Shown: positions 50,845 through 64,000 of the stretch, in pieces
Layout of the letters: the number at the start of each line of letters is the position of its first letter
Numbering within the stretch: the first letter of the stretch is position 1
IMG/VR virus record: IMGVR_UViG_3300031344_000002
Coordinates: 124,001-188,000 of that record
DNA: 64,000 nt
Direction: 5' to 3' (one strand)
Made by a program: the position numbers and the translations under genes
Notes under the pieces: model-generated
Database searches by the model: none
What the model was told of the DNA's origin: nothing
What the model saw: the letters and a program-made list of their open reading frames with translations, nothing else

Positions 50845-51288
50845 ATGTCAAAAAAAGTAATTTATTTAATAGGTAGTTTAAAAAATGAACAAATACCTCA
50901 TATTGCCAATAAAATCAGAGAATTAGGATTTGAAGTTTTTGATGATTGGTTCAGTCCCGGTCCTGAAGCAGATGATTTTTGGCGTAATTTTGAAAAAGTT
51001 AGAGGCACTACACATAAACAAGCACTTAGCAATTATGCTGCGAAACATATTTATGAATTTGATAAGTTTCATATAGACAGAAGTAATATGGGTGTTTTAG
51101 TTATGCCAGCAGGAAAATCTGGTCATTTGGAATTGGGTTATATGATAGGGCAAGGTAAACCTTGTTTTATTTTATTTGATGAAGAGCCTGAAAAATGGGA
51201 CATAATGCATGCTTTCACTAAGGAAAATGGTGGTGACATTTGTTATTCTTTTGAAGAATTACAAGAAGGATTAGAAAAATTAAAATAA
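50845..51288 (+). CDS. nucleoside 2-deoxyribosyltransferase-like protein
   Basis: IYLIGS, FD..HID, GKSGHLELGY..G.GKP. Confidence 0.7.
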   Translation: MSKKVIYLIGSLKNEQIPHIANKIRELGFEVFDDWFSPGPEADDFWRNFEKVRGTTHKQALSNYAAKHIYEFDKFHIDRSNMGVLVMPAGKSGHLELGYMIGQGKPCFILFDEEPEKWDIMHAFTKENGGDICYSFEELQEGLEKLK

Positions 51289-54200
51289 TTGAATTTATTT
51301 AAAAAATTAAAACATATGAATTTTATCACATCACATATTATATTAACACTAATTTTAATATTATATTTAATTGGTGTTATTTATTCGTATTATTACTTCA
51401 ATAAAGAAGTTAGGAAAGAAATAATACTTTTATCAACACGAAATTATTTTGGTTTAATAATTATTTCATTATTAAGTTGGTTTTCATTAATTATTGAAAA
51501 ATATAGTAAATATAAAACAAATGAATATGATTAAACAAAGTAATTCAGGTATGGTAAATTATAATACTGATTTAAGTACTGCAATTAATACACCAATAAT
51601 AACCATTGAAGAAGTGTTACAACAACAATCCAAACCCGATGGTTGGATTTGCCTTGATTGTATTCATCATGATGGTAATTTAAAGTGTGAGAAAAATATG
51701 TTTATATCCTTTGTTGGTTGTTATACAAAGGATTGTCAAACTTTTAAAGAAAAAATTTAATATTTAAAATAATGGAAGAAGTAAAAAATGAAATCGATGC
51801 TCTAATTCAACAGAAAGAAAAAGAAATTAAGATTTGGCAAGATATGTTGAACGAAACCAAATTTGAAGGACTTACAGTAATGTATAAAATTATGTACGAA
51901 TTACATATATCTCAAACTAAAGATATAATTGAAATTCTTAAAATTTTAAAAGAAAAGTAATGAAAAAACAAAAATTAGAAGCATCTAATTCGATTATTAT
52001 TGATGCTGGAATAGATGTATGGAAACCAACAAATAATCTTAGATTTGTGTATAAGGATATGAAATATCCAAAAGAACATTGGGTAGATGTTATAAGAGAA
52101 AAAACATTACAACAAATGTGGATTTCAAATTTAGGAAAAGTAGATTGGAGAGATATTGAACTTGTAAATATAGTTATTTAATGATATCATAAAATTTTAA
52201 AAGCAAATGAAAAACAGCGAAATTCATCATGGTTTAGAAAAAAGTGAAATAAGAGATTTCCTTTCAATTGGATTGTTAAAATTAAATAAAGAAGAAAGTG
52301 AAAATCAAAAAGAAAATGTATTATTGAAACACAATATTCTTCTTGATAGAGATGACTCATTTGAATGGTGCATAAATGATGCGAAAGCACAAATTATCTT
52401 CTTAGAAAAATATATTAGAATTAATAGAAGTAGACAAGCAATCATAACATTAATTAAAATGAATGGTTGGGAAGAATTTGATGTAAGTGATTTAACAACT
52501 GAAACTGATACAATGTGTTTCATTGGTACTGCAGAAGAATATAATAAATTATTAAGTAAAATCGAAGATTTATATTCATAAATAATGAAGAAAGTTTTAT
52601 TAAATGGTAAGTTTGTTGATGCAACAATAATTGATGCAAATAAACATAAATTTATTGGTTTGTTTAGAACACCAACACAACCCGATACATCATTTTTAAA
52701 TGAAAATAATATAAAAGAATCTGCAGATATTTATGCTTGCCCATGTGGACAAATGCTATGGACAATTAATGGAATATTTAACCATTGGAGAGATGGACAT
52801 ATGGATATACCGCAATATATTGATATTATATAAATTAAATAATAAATAATGCTACCTACGCCTATAATAAAAGAAATAATATTTTCGGGAATTAAATTTT
52901 CTTACGAAAGTTATAATTATAAAAAAGCAAAAGCTGAAGTTGAAGCACTTAATACTATACAACCATCAACTCCATTTCCACAAAATTTTTTTAAAATGGC
53001 TGGCATTCATGGTAATGGTATTCCTAATGAAATAAAGAAAAATCACGTGGTTTGGCGTACAGGTAAATTATGGGAAGTAAAATTTAATCATACTGGTGAT
53101 ATTACTTCATTAAAAATTGGAAGATACTATGGTTATTTTAAAACTTTTTTTATATCTGAATTTGGTGTTAAATTTAAACCATTATTATTTAAATCCGAGG
53201 ATAAATATGATTTAATTAAACAAGGTCTAGCAATTGAAGAAACAATATAAATTAAAAATAATAAATATATGAAAAGAATGTTTAAATTTTCACTTAAATG
53301 GTTAATTATTCTTATAATGACATTTGGATTCTTAGCTATGTGTAACTGGTCATATCATCTGGCAAGTTGGAATGGTTTTTCAAGATTTATTCTTGGAACA
53401 GAAGGAATTTTATTTCTTCTTGATTTATTTCATGAACTATAAAAAATAAAATATTATGAACATATCTTATTTCAGCAAGTATGAAGGTGAAGTAAAAACA
53501 CTAATACTTAAAAAAAATCCATTATATTATGGATTAGGAAACTATACTGATATTAATGGAATTGTTTGGGATGTTATGTGTGTTTTTGGTGCAGGTGTAT
53601 TTAATGATTGTAATAAACCAGTGATAAATGCACGACCAGTAACTGATATTCCATATTATTCTACAGCTACTAATGCAAATTCATATGGAATTCATGAATG
53701 GCTACCATATTATTTCGAAGTACAAGAAATTGGAGCAAAAGAACAAAAACCAACTATTTTTATTGGAGTTATTGCAAAAAATATTAAAGATTTTATTAAC
53801 TGGAAAGAAGAAAATCTTCATGTTGCAACACATAAAGATACACAAAGAATATATACTGTCGATAATACAACATATGTTTGTTTATCTTCTCCAAATCATT
53901 GTAAAGGTTATAGTTTTGATGAACTCAAGGAAACAAGTGCAGCATACCTTAATCCAAACTATCAAAAGATATTGGAATGTGTGAAACATAATCTTAAACC
54001 ATCAAATGAATTTAAAATTTAATTATGGAAATAATTAAACAAACTAAATTTCTCATCTTTGTTCAACTAACACGTGATAAAGATAGAAAAACTGAAGTTG
54101 TTACAGTTAATAACAAACACCACAACATGACTATTGGTGTCATTAAATGGTATGGGAGTTGGCGACAATATTGTTTCTTTCCAAATGGTGAAACAATTTG

Positions 54201-57200
54201 GAATAAGGATTGTCTTGATGATATTAATTCAGTTATTCGGGATTTAATGAATTTAAAAAATAAGAAAAAATTAGAAAAATTATGAGATATATATTTAGTG
54301 TTCTGGTATTATTAATTTACTTAATTATTATAGGAATTGGTATGTTTTTCTACATTATTTGGTATTTAAAATTACCAAAACATAAATATCGTGCAAAAAT
54401 TATAAAAGAAGTAAAAAACTGGTTTTGATAATTTTAATTGAAATTAGATATTTTTTGTAACATATTTAAATATTTTTCGTATTATTGCATAATATTTAAT
54501 TTAAAATAAAAATATATTATAATGAAAAAACTTGATATTCAATACGATTTAAAGCCAAATGGTGCTGTTATTCGAATAAATAATTACAGTGGTTGCATAT
54601 TTAGAATATGTAGAATACCTAAAGAACTTGTCTTTGATGAAAATGGTAATGTTAAAGAATTTATTGATTTAGCTTATCCACAATCAAAAGTTATTAAAGA
54701 AGATTTAGAAAATAACATTTCTAAGTGTAAAGAAAATGACTCATATCAAACTGATAGTGGTATATATTTGTTTTATATATGACAATAAAACATAAATGTG
54801 AGGATAAGACTATTTCAAATAAAGCAACATTTGAAACAGTTAGAACCAGTCATATCATGAAAATTTTAATTATGATGGTGATGGCTGGTCATATTGGGAT
54901 GAAACAACGTTTTATGTAAAAAATTGTAAAAATTGTGGTGAATCACATACAATAGAGGAAGAAGAATTATTATGAAAATAGAACGCAAAGGATTTGTTCA
55001 AGCCATGAATGGTGAAGAACTTTGGGTGAATACTGAACAAGATGAAATGGTTAAATTTGTTGTAAAAGATAATAATCTGAGGTGGAAATTATATTGTGCT
55101 CATGTAAAAGTAACTATAGAAATTATTGATTAAATGGAAAAACCAGTAGTTAATGAAGTTTTTACAGATAATGGAGAACATAGTCATTGGAATTTGATTG
55201 ATGCTGAAACAGGTGAAAATCTGTGGTCTGAATTTCCAGAAGAAGATTTAGCAAGAGGTCATCCAGTAAAATCATTCGAATATGGTGATGAAAAATTAAA
55301 AATAAATAACACTAGTATTGAAAAAAAACTTGGACGTAGATATTATAGAGATTGGATTCAAAAACTAGCATGGGAAGAAGAAGATTAATAATTAAAATAT
55401 AAAATGATGAAAACTGTAGTTCAATTAATACTTATGATAGTTATTATAATTATCTTATCAATACTTGTTAATATATTTAAGTTTGAAACTATTGTAATTG
55501 GTGCTTTAGGAGTAATAATTTCAAAAATGATTGTAAATGAAATCTGGAAACAATAAAGTTGTAAAAAAATACTTACTTAATTTAATTGATTATGATTTAC
55601 GTAAGTTACGTACTGCAATAAATTTTCTTTTGTTAAAAATAAAAGAAAATCCTGATGATACTTATTGGATAAAAAGAAAAGATACTACAACAAAAAAATT
55701 ACAAACAAGAGAAAAATATTATCAGAAAATATTAAATGAAAAATATTTTGCGCAAAATATGAAGAAAGCAAAGACTTCAATAAGGATTGATAAAACAATT
55801 GAACAATTAGAAAAAGAAATTGATGATTTATCCACTAAGTTAATTGATTTAACCTTTGAATTAAATTATAATAAAGAAAAGGAATTACTTGAATTGGTAA
55901 GAGAAATTTATAAAAGCATAAATGAAGAACTTGTTTGTAAAGAAAGTAGACTAACAAAAAAACAAATTCTAATGAATATTAAAAGATATTTGGAAGAATT
56001 TGCAAAAAATACTAAACTAAAATTATGAAAATTTTAATTACAAATTGTAGCGGTGAATATTATTGGTATGGAAATGATATTGGAAAAACATTTGAACTTG
56101 TCTCAAATCAAATTTGTTTTAAAGGTGTAAAACATCAAGTAATTAAATCAGGTTTTTTAGAATATTTCGTTGATTATAACGATGCTAAAGTTATAGATGA
56201 AGTTGATATGAATCATGAAGTATTGCTTGATTCAAATTTTATGTATTGGCTAATGACAAATAAAAACTCGACTTGGATTAGTTTAATCGAAGATATAAAA
56301 TTATACAAATTAATTAATAATTTAAAATCATGAAAACATTAAAAATTGAAATTGGCGATAGGATTAGAATAAATAGTAATCCTAATATATGGTCTGGTTC
56401 TGCTGGCGGTCAATATCCGGGAAATTTAAAGTACCCCGTAGAGGGTGTTGTTAAAAATAAAAAACAGTGTTCCGAACCTAATTTTATTGCTATTTGTATA
56501 ACAATAGATGGTGTAGATTATGGTTTTAGTGATGATGAACTTTTTCCAGTTTGTGAATTACTACCTAAATTCGACAAACTCCCAGAAGAATACATAGTTG
56601 AATGTAAGAATCAGGAAGAAACAAGAAAGATAGTGAATGAATTAAACTATGAATATCGTTGGAGTTATTGGAGTTATGTTATAAAATCTAATAAATTTGA
56701 TGGGGATGATAATGTTGCTCTTCAAAATTCAATTGGTTCGAAATTTATTCATCTTCCAGTTTTAACATTCCAAGAATGGGAAGAATTATATTATACTACC
56801 TCGGTAAATCCTGCCAATAAAAATGTTGATTTGGATTGTGACCCAAATTCTGCTAATAAAATAGCTGATTTGTATTGTAAACCAAATACTGCCAATAAAA
56901 TAAAAGAAGCTGATTATTATAAATTAAAAGAAAATCTTGAGCTTGCGCTTAGTAAGGTTAACGAAACTTTAAAAAATATAAAACCTAAATATGAAGTAAA
57001 TGATATTGTTACTTGTTTACCAAAATTTCAAAATGGTAATTATTCTTATGATAAAGATATGGGAGGGTGCGGATATGAAAAGGGTTTAACATTTAAAATT
57101 GGTAAAATAACTGAAACAAATAAAGATTATAATGTTTTATGGTTTGGTCATAATAATAATGGTGTTTATGATTATGCTGTTCGCTATGCTACATTAGAAG

Positions 57201-59059
57201 AAATAGAAACATTTAATAAACAAAATATTACTATTTCTGGTTATAATGCCGATATATATAGAGACAAAAAATTTGTTAAATTCGGTTGTAAATCAATAAC
57301 ATTAAAAGAACTAGAAGCGGTTTTAACTGTGATAGAATTAAACAAAAAATTTGAATTTGCTTTTTTGGTTGGTTCACATAATATCAAACCCTCAACAGGG
57401 AATGAATTTGAACAAGTTTCAAAGGAAACCATTGAAAAACTCATTAATTTAATTAAATAATATTATGAAATACTATAATGGTGACATGGATGAAAAAATG
57501 TTCTTAAGATATGTTGAATCACATAGCGAATCAGAACGAGCATTATTTTCTAAAGCAATGGTTGCGGAAATATGTGAACTTAATGATGACCACGAAACAG
57601 CCGAAGCAGTTTCAAACGGAATTAAAGAATGGTTTAGTATTGATATGAGGGAAGATGTAAAAGAAATTCGTGCAAAGAAAAAAGTTATTGAAAAACAATG
57701 TGATGTAAAGGAAGAAATGAAAGAAGAAATGAAAGAAGAAATGTATTATATCCAAAATGGATATGTGGGCAATGCAATACTTTGGTGGGCAATAAATTCT
57801 AAAGGCTATACAACTGATTTAACTAATGCAGGTAAATATACTAAAGAACAAGCCGAAAAAATCATTGAAAGACCACAAGATATTGCATGGAAATGTTCTT
57901 ATGTTGATAATTGTATAGATGCCCAGAAATTAATTATTGATGGGCAGTATCTTGATGGCAAATATAAACTTGTTGGTAAAATTAAATAATTATAAAATGA
58001 AAAATCAGGTAATTGAAGTGTTAAATTTAGAACACGGACAGAAAGTAATCAAATACTGGAAAAGTAAGGGTGTGAAGAATGCATCAGCATTTTTGGGTAC
58101 TTATACTAAAGAAGCTGGGGAATCTCATCGTTATTATGGTATAATTAATAATCATTTTAGTAATTATTCAGAAAACACAGTAAGACAATATAATGCTGAA
58201 ATTATAACATTACTAACATTTCCTAGAAAAATGTTAGTGTGGGATTATCATGAAAAGAATGCAATAGAAAAAATTGTAATACGTGATTTAGGTGTAAAAG
58301 TTAAGAATCGTTATATAGCTGTTAATACTTTTAATGTTGAGGATTACGAAGAAGGGAATAAATTTTCAGTTACTACTTGGAATTATGCTAAAGAACTTTC
58401 CAAAATAAATAGTAAAAAACAAGAATTATTAAATAAAGCTGACGAATTAATCCAAAATGCAAAAGAGTTAAAAGAACAAGCTGAGGAATTATGAACTATT
58501 TTCAAAAAATAAATGATTATGAAAATAAATTTTGAATATAAAGAAACTAAAATGATATTAGATTATGATAACGAAGGTTATTTAAATCATATCACAAATT
58601 CTGAAACTGGTAAGAAAATGATGGTTGAATATACTCAATATGGGAGTGGTTATGAATTTACTCATAATAATGGATATGTTGCTATGGATATGTGTCATGC
58701 AGTTTATGTAAGAATAATGGAATTAGATTTATTCATTCCAAAATTCATTTTCATACCAAACAAAAAAGAATAATATGGACAGTATGTGCTTCAATTTAAG
58801 GATATTTAATATTCACATTCAAGTTTTTCGTAATTTTAAAATTAAACCAATATGTAAATGGTATGATTTGTGGATAGGGGTATTCATAGACACTAATAAA
58901 TGTTGTACATACATATTTTTATTACCAACATTAGGAATACAACTAATTGGTTTTAGATTGGTTGTTAATCAAAAATATTCATTTAAGAAAGATTCAATAA
59001 TACGATTGATTCAATGTGGTAACAACTATTATCCAATGCAAGATTATAATAATATATAA
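51289..59059 (+). other. long run of co-directional hypothetical genes (largest: 53456-54022, 55537-56028, 56330-57460, 57465-57989, 57997-58494)
   Basis: tandem ORFs typical of jumbo-phage accessory regions; no motif recognised with confidence. Confidence 0.5.
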
Positions 59060-59234
59060 AAATAAAAATTATTAATATAATGAGAAAAGTTAAGATTTTT
59101 TTTATTAAATTTGCATATTATTATGCTAAGAAAAATTATGAACACCATGAAGTTTTTCATTCTGAAAGAGAATGGATATTATTTAAATGGTATTTGTTGA
59201 GAAAAATAATTAAAATTAATGAAAAAAATTTAAT

Positions 59235-60266
59235 ATGAAAAGAAAAGAATGGCGGGAAAATTCCGAAGTAAGAGAAGAAAAACCAGCAATTATATTTGAA
59301 GAAGATGCAGAAAGAAAATCAACTACATCTGATAATTATTGCGAATGGATTGAATCAAAAAATAATAATTATATTCCAACATCTCCATTAATAATTAGAA
59401 AAAAATTACCTGCAGGAATTTATGATATTAGTTGGGATGGTGAGAGACATGTTTATATTTTCAACAAACAAAAACTTGAATTGGATGAATTATTAAATCT
59501 ACCAAATCCATTATTTAAACAAATTTTAAATGATATGGAATATTTCTGGGACAATGAAGATAAATTCAAGAAATATAAATTTGCATATAAAAGAGGCATT
59601 TTACTTCACGGTCCAGCAGGAAATGGTAAAACATGTTTAAGTGCATTATTAACTCAAATGATAATAGATACTAAACAAGGTGTTGTTTTTTCCATTAAAT
59701 CAACAAGAGACTTAGAAAATTACTTTGATGCAGTTACTAAATTTTTTAGAATAATAGAAGAACATACACCAATCTTAACAATTATTGAAGACCTTGATGG
59801 ATTACTCGAATATCAAGAAAATGAAACGAGGCTGTTAAACATACTTGATGGGTTTTATCAATCACAAAACATTGTTTATCTCGGTTGCACAAATTATCCT
59901 GAAAAATTAAAAGATAGAATATTAAATCGACCCTCAAGATTTGATAAACGATATTATATCGGTAATCCTGAAGCAAGTGTTAGAAAATTTTATTTTGAAC
60001 ATAAAATAAAGGGTGATGATTTAAAAAAAATTAATATTCAAGAAATGGTCGATAATACTGAAGGTCTATCATTATCACATTTGGGTGAATTAATTAAGTC
60101 TGTTTTTATTTTTGGTAAAAATATAGATGAATCAATTCAAGAATTAAAAAATATGGGCAAGTTTATTTCTAGTACAAAATATAATGATAAACCCACAGGA
60201 TTTACAGCAGGTATTTCAAAAGCAGCAAGTATTTCAAAAGCAGTAGATAAAATAAATGATAAATAA
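59235..60266 (+). CDS. AAA+ ATPase
   Basis: KRGILLHGPAGNGKT, IIEDLD, LLNILDG, TNYPE, RPSRFD. Confidence 0.9.
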   Translation: MKRKEWRENSEVREEKPAIIFEEDAERKSTTSDNYCEWIESKNNNYIPTSPLIIRKKLPAGIYDISWDGERHVYIFNKQKLELDELLNLPNPLFKQILNDMEYFWDNEDKFKKYKFAYKRGILLHGPAGNGKTCLSALLTQMIIDTKQGVVFSIKSTRDLENYFDAVTKFFRIIEEHTPILTIIEDLDGLLEYQENETRLLNILDGFYQSQNIVYLGCTNYPEKLKDRILNRPSRFDKRYYIGNPEASVRKFYFEHKIKGDDLKKINIQEMVDNTEGLSLSHLGELIKSVFIFGKNIDESIQELKNMGKFISSTKYNDKPTGFTAGISKAASISKAVDKINDK

Positions 60267-60272
60267 ATAGAA

Positions 60273-60488
60273 ATGAGAAATATTATAATTGAAAAAATAA
60301 GTGAATTAATTAACTTGACTAATGAAAACGATGAAGTTAGTGTTAAATTGATATTGTGTTCATTAAAAGGTGCAATATTGGCAAATGACGATGAATTACT
60401 TGCTAATATGGTTGGTGAATTTACTAAAAATGTATTATTGCCAAGGCTAGTTCAAAAACAAAATGAACATTTAAGTAGAAATAATTAA
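60273..60488 (+). CDS. hypothetical protein
   Basis: ORF track. Confidence 0.5.
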   Translation: MRNIIIEKISELINLTNENDEVSVKLILCSLKGAILANDDELLANMVGEFTKNVLLPRLVQKQNEHLSRNN

Positions 60489-60502
60489 TTAAAATTAATG
60501 TT

Positions 60503-60988
60503 ATGTTAAAATACGCATATTTATACAAAGAAAAAATACAAAAATTATTAACAATGAATGTTGTTACTGATAGATGTAAATATTATCAATTAGGGGGATA
60601 TGTTAGATTTGAGACCGAAATTGATGATAATAATTACTATAAAGACCAATATGTATCTATTGATGCAAATAATAACATTATGGGTTATTTATGTGCTTAT
60701 ATAGATAGACCAATAAATAATGTTAGTCAAATTGCTGCAATGTCATTTCCTGATTGGAATAATTGTAATAAAAGTATTTGGATAGAAGATAAACACGAGT
60801 TTTTTCGTCTAATGTTAGAAAAACACAACAAAATTAAATTTTCAACATTGGTTGGAAGTAATGGCGAAAAAATGTGGGATGCATTGGTTGAAAAAATGAA
60901 TGGCAGAATCGTGGGAATATTTAAAAATGATGAAATGAATACTGAAGGCAAGATTTTCGACCAAAAATGGTATGAAATATTAAAATAA
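60503..60988 (+). CDS. possible GNAT/RimJ-like fold protein
   Basis: C-terminal N....W..L..K..G..VG..K......G..FD...YEIL pattern. Confidence 0.4.
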   Translation: MLKYAYLYKEKIQKLLTMNVVTDRCKYYQLGGYVRFETEIDDNNYYKDQYVSIDANNNIMGYLCAYIDRPINNVSQIAAMSFPDWNNCNKSIWIEDKHEFFRLMLEKHNKIKFSTLVGSNGEKMWDALVEKMNGRIVGIFKNDEMNTEGKIFDQKWYEILK

Positions 60989-60998
60989 ATATAATATA

Positions 60999-61184
60999 AT
61001 GAAAACATTTTGGATTATTTATGGAATAATTGCTTTAATAAATGGAATATGGGCAATTAAAATGCAAAAGAAATATCATCCATTATCTATGGAATGGTGG
61101 CGAATAACATTAGTATTTGTATTAAATAGCATTGGATTTCCAATTACTATTCCATTGGCAATTTATTTTAAAAAACTTTGGTAA
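60999..61184 (+). CDS. small membrane protein
   Basis: two TM segments. Confidence 0.5.
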   Translation: MKTFWIIYGIIALINGIWAIKMQKKYHPLSMEWWRITLVFVLNSIGFPITIPLAIYFKKLW

Positions 61185-61185
61185 T

Positions 61186-61623
61186 ATGAGAAATAGATAC
61201 ACAATTGGAATATATTTTGATTCTTCTTTAAAGAAAGTGGCATTAATTCTTAAAAGAAGACCAGAATGGCAAGTAGGTAATTATAATTTTCCCGGTGGAC
61301 ATATAGAAGAAAACGAAAATGGTTATGCCTGTGTAATTCGTGAGTTTAAAGAAGAGTGTGATATTAATACAATTACTTCTGATTGGCGTTATATTGGTAT
61401 TATTAAAGGTGATGATTATACTGTTGAAATTTTTACTGCGCTTCATGGTTTAAAACACGGTAATTTAACCACAATAACAGATGAACTTGTAACTTGGGTT
61501 AATATTAATGAAATACCTAATAATATAGTACCAAATGTATCATGGTTATTACCATTTGCAATTAATTATTGGAATGATAAAAATTTAAAATTTGGAACTT
61601 TTGAATATAATGAACTATTATAA
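61186..61623 (+). CDS. NUDIX hydrolase
   Basis: PGGHIEENE....CVIREFKEECDI Nudix box. Confidence 0.85.
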   Translation: MRNRYTIGIYFDSSLKKVALILKRRPEWQVGNYNFPGGHIEENENGYACVIREFKEECDINTITSDWRYIGIIKGDDYTVEIFTALHGLKHGNLTTITDELVTWVNINEIPNNIVPNVSWLLPFAINYWNDKNLKFGTFEYNELL

Positions 61624-61635
61624 ATAATTAAAACT

Positions 61636-62585
61636 ATGAAATTAAAAGAAGCAATGTCGATTATCAATGAAAAAGAAAAAGGTTTTATGGTAAGTTTTGA
61701 AAAAAGAAATGGCGGTATTTTATCGAATGACCATTTTCCAGATAAGCATGCTGGTGAAGGTTTAATAACAACTGAAAAATATGCGTGGGAATTAGCAGAA
61801 AGATTTGCAAAAGCTACTGATGATACTTATGTGAATATTTATGTTATTGATAATAATTTTTCGCCTGTAATAGGATATGAAGGAAGATTATTGAAAAAAT
61901 ATTAATAATTGACCTAAAGAAAATTTATAATGAAAATCGAATATAATAAAGCAATTGAAGTAAACAAGGAACAATATGATTTCTTGGTTAGAGAATTTTC
62001 TGGCATTATTGCACATAGTAGAAAGCATGATGGAAAAGATGGTTATTTTATTTTTGTGTGGATAATGAAATATGCTTCAATAATTGAGCAATTTATCGAA
62101 AAAACTGCAAGAGGCATCCATATCACAACTCAATAAAATGATATAATTGTCATGAAAAAGAATATACAATATCATGTATCATATAATTTCGATGCCCCAA
62201 CATTAAAATTTGAATGTAATAATTGTGGTGAAAAATTGGAAATCAAATTTCCTGAAACAATGAAAGAATTATCTGAAATTGGTATAAGCAATCCTACTAA
62301 AGAATGCATTTCTTTCATAGAAAAACATGATAAATGTAAAAAGAAAAATAATGTTAAATTATTAAATAAAAGGAAATAAAAATCATGTGGCGTTCATTAA
62401 AAAATAGTAGACCTCATGAAGGAATAAGAGTTAAGTTAAAACATATAATAACTGGAACTGGAGCACCTGAACGTGAAGGATGGGAAAGTACCGGAATATA
62501 TAAAAATGGAAACTGGATTATTAAACAAAATGAAACAGTAAAAATTGAACTCAAACCAACTCATTGGGACTGGATACCAAAATAA
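61636..62585 (+). other. four small hypothetical genes (61636, 61930, 62152, 62385)
   Basis: tandem ORFs. Confidence 0.5.
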
Positions 62586-62588
62586 ATC

Positions 62589-62969
62589 ATGAAATTAATG
62601 TTTGTTGGAATGCATAATAAGATTGGTAAAATGCCTTTATGTAGTAGTACAAGGTCAGGGAAACTTATTGATAAAATTATCGATAAATTAAAACCAATTG
62701 AATGTATAAAAACAAATTTATATGATGTTGATTATCTTCCTAAAACTAATGAAGAAAAGTTTAGTTTAGCTGCTGAATGGCATAATAGAATTGAACCAAA
62801 ATTAAATGATATAATTGTTTTACTTGGTGCTGAAGTTCATAAAAACTATATTTTAATTTCAAGTAATAAAATTATAAAAATTGCACATCCTAGTAGCAAT
62901 AGAAGTCATGAAGCAATGAATAAATATGTTTCAAATACTGTCGAAAAAATAAATAAAATTTTATTATGA
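62589..62969 (+). CDS. uracil-DNA-glycosylase-like fold protein
   Basis: MFVG, SGK.I, TNL, IVLLG, HPS motifs. Confidence 0.5.
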   Translation: MKLMFVGMHNKIGKMPLCSSTRSGKLIDKIIDKLKPIECIKTNLYDVDYLPKTNEEKFSLAAEWHNRIEPKLNDIIVLLGAEVHKNYILISSNKIIKIAHPSSNRSHEAMNKYVSNTVEKINKILL

Positions 62970-63148
62970 AGGAAGAACAAATACATTATCACAAACTAAC
63001 TAATGGTGATATGGGAAGATTTTATTTTTATTCTCTGTGTAGAAAAAAACTAACATTACCTATCTATTACCCTAATTCCACTAGTGTTCCAGAATATGTT
63101 ACTTGCGAGAAATGTTTAAAAATGCTCAAACAAAAACATTTAATATGA
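62966..63148 (+). CDS. small Cys/His protein
   Basis: H..SLC...VTCEKC. Confidence 0.45.
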   Translation: MKEEQIHYHKLTNGDMGRFYFYSLCRKKLTLPIYYPNSTSVPEYVTCEKCLKMLKQKHLI

Positions 63149-63261
63149 AATTAATCAATGATAACAATAAAAAATAGTCATAATTTATTGTTTATTATTG
63201 AAATTATTATTATATTTGCCGTTGAAATTGTTTATTATTAATTAACTAAATAAATTTTATT

Positions 63262-64000
63262 ATGAAAACACCTAAGTATGACAATAATGTTTATAAAAAG
63301 AAACTTATTGAATGTCAATCACAACAATCAGCAACATTAGAAACTATAACTCCTGCAGTTGCTGCTCGTTATCTTGCTTCAAATTATATTGATAAAGAAA
63401 ATCGAGTTAAAAACAGGGAATTGGATGATAAAACCATTGCTAGATACATGAATGATATTAAAAACGGTAGATGGGAAGTTGCAGAACCTATATTATTTGA
63501 TAATCAAAATCGTTTAATTGATGGTCAGGGCAGATGTACTGCCGTAATAAAAACCCAAACACCTATTATTTCTTGGGTAATAAGAGGATTATCACCAAAT
63601 GCATTTGCTGTAATTGACTGTGGTAAAAAAAGAAGTCTTAAAGATAGTCTTACTACATTAATGATAGAAAATTCAGAAGGTCATTCACTATCACTTAGTA
63701 GTCCTGCACGTGTTGGAACTGCCATTAATATTATGCATAATATGAATAACAATTCTCCAAATATAGATAAAGATAGATATCTTACTACACCAGAAATTAC
63801 TGAAATGGTAAGAAATGATTTTGATTTCTATGAAGAACCATTTCAATTTGGTGGTAAATCCAAAATTAAATTCTGGCAAAAAAGAATTAAATATTCAATT
63901 CCTGCAAGTTATTTTGCTGCATTTTATTATATGTATAAAAGAACTTATGGCGATACTACCGATGAATTTTTAAATGTTTTAACTTCTAATGATAATACTA
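63262..64000 (+). CDS. ParB/Srx-like N-terminal domain protein, truncated by the window end (not in ORF track)
   Basis: ITPAVAARYL..N..NR....IARY..DI..GRW...PILFD....LIDGQGR. Confidence 0.65.
   Translation, partial: MKTPKYDNNVYKKKLIECQSQQSATLETITPAVAARYLASNYIDKENRVKNRELDDKTIARYMNDIKNGRWEVAEPILFDNQNRLIDGQGRCTAVIKTQTPIISWVIRGLSPNAFAVIDCGKKRSLKDSLTTLMIENSEGHSLSLSSPARVGTAINIMHNMNNNSPNIDKDRYLTTPEITEMVRNDFDFYEEPFQFGGKSKIKFWQKRIKYSIPASYFAAFYYMYKRTYGDTTDEFLNVLTSNDNT

Noticed and set aside
57709-57743. GAAGAAATGAAA tandem (KEEM x3); also an 18-nt duplication near 60211-60243 and ANK-containing peptide repeats near 56805-56910
   Set aside because: Short in-frame slippage duplications with no sign of a system
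1164-63879. Antisense or out-of-frame ORFs overlapping real genes (e.g. 1164-1385, 6114-6410, 15714-16073, 48254-48556, 53673-53984, 63691-63879)
   Set aside because: Shadow frames of longer, motif-bearing genes
1-64000. tRNA, rRNA, cas, integrase or capsid/terminase genes
   Set aside because: None recognised by eye; absence from this window says nothing about the rest of the genome

Overview
Very AT-rich, gene-dense 64 kb segment that looks like part of a jumbo (T4-like/megaphage-type) bacteriophage of a Bacteroidota host. Supporting evidence: TAnnTTTG promoter boxes, Bacteroidota-style lipoproteins and OmpA, a T4-like DNA ligase, an Rnl2 RNA ligase, a Dda-like helicase, homing endonucleases, GH25 and SLT lysins, and long runs of small orphan genes. 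The genetic code appears standard. The standout is a duplicated module at 29.3-31.3 kb. Two paralogous ~135-aa genes each end INSIDE the first repeat of a CRISPR-like array. The arrays share the 36-nt repeat GGTGGAAACCAACCTAAATTGGAAGGGTTTAACACC, all spacers are exactly 30 nt, there are 6 and 4 repeats, and no cas gene is recognisable in the window. Other notable items: an integron-like (attC-like) cassette array at 6.9-7.9 kb; a highly structured ~320-nt non-coding RNA candidate after a coiled-coil gene at 44.0-44.3 kb; a host-like island with two DUF3494 ice-binding proteins plus OmpA; three recurring promoter motifs including an ECF-sigma-like TGTAAC-N16-CGTA; a P-loop kinase broken by a 6-nt insertion inside Walker A; and a tnpB/IS605 right-end scar. 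All family assignments are motif recognition from memory; no database searches were run.
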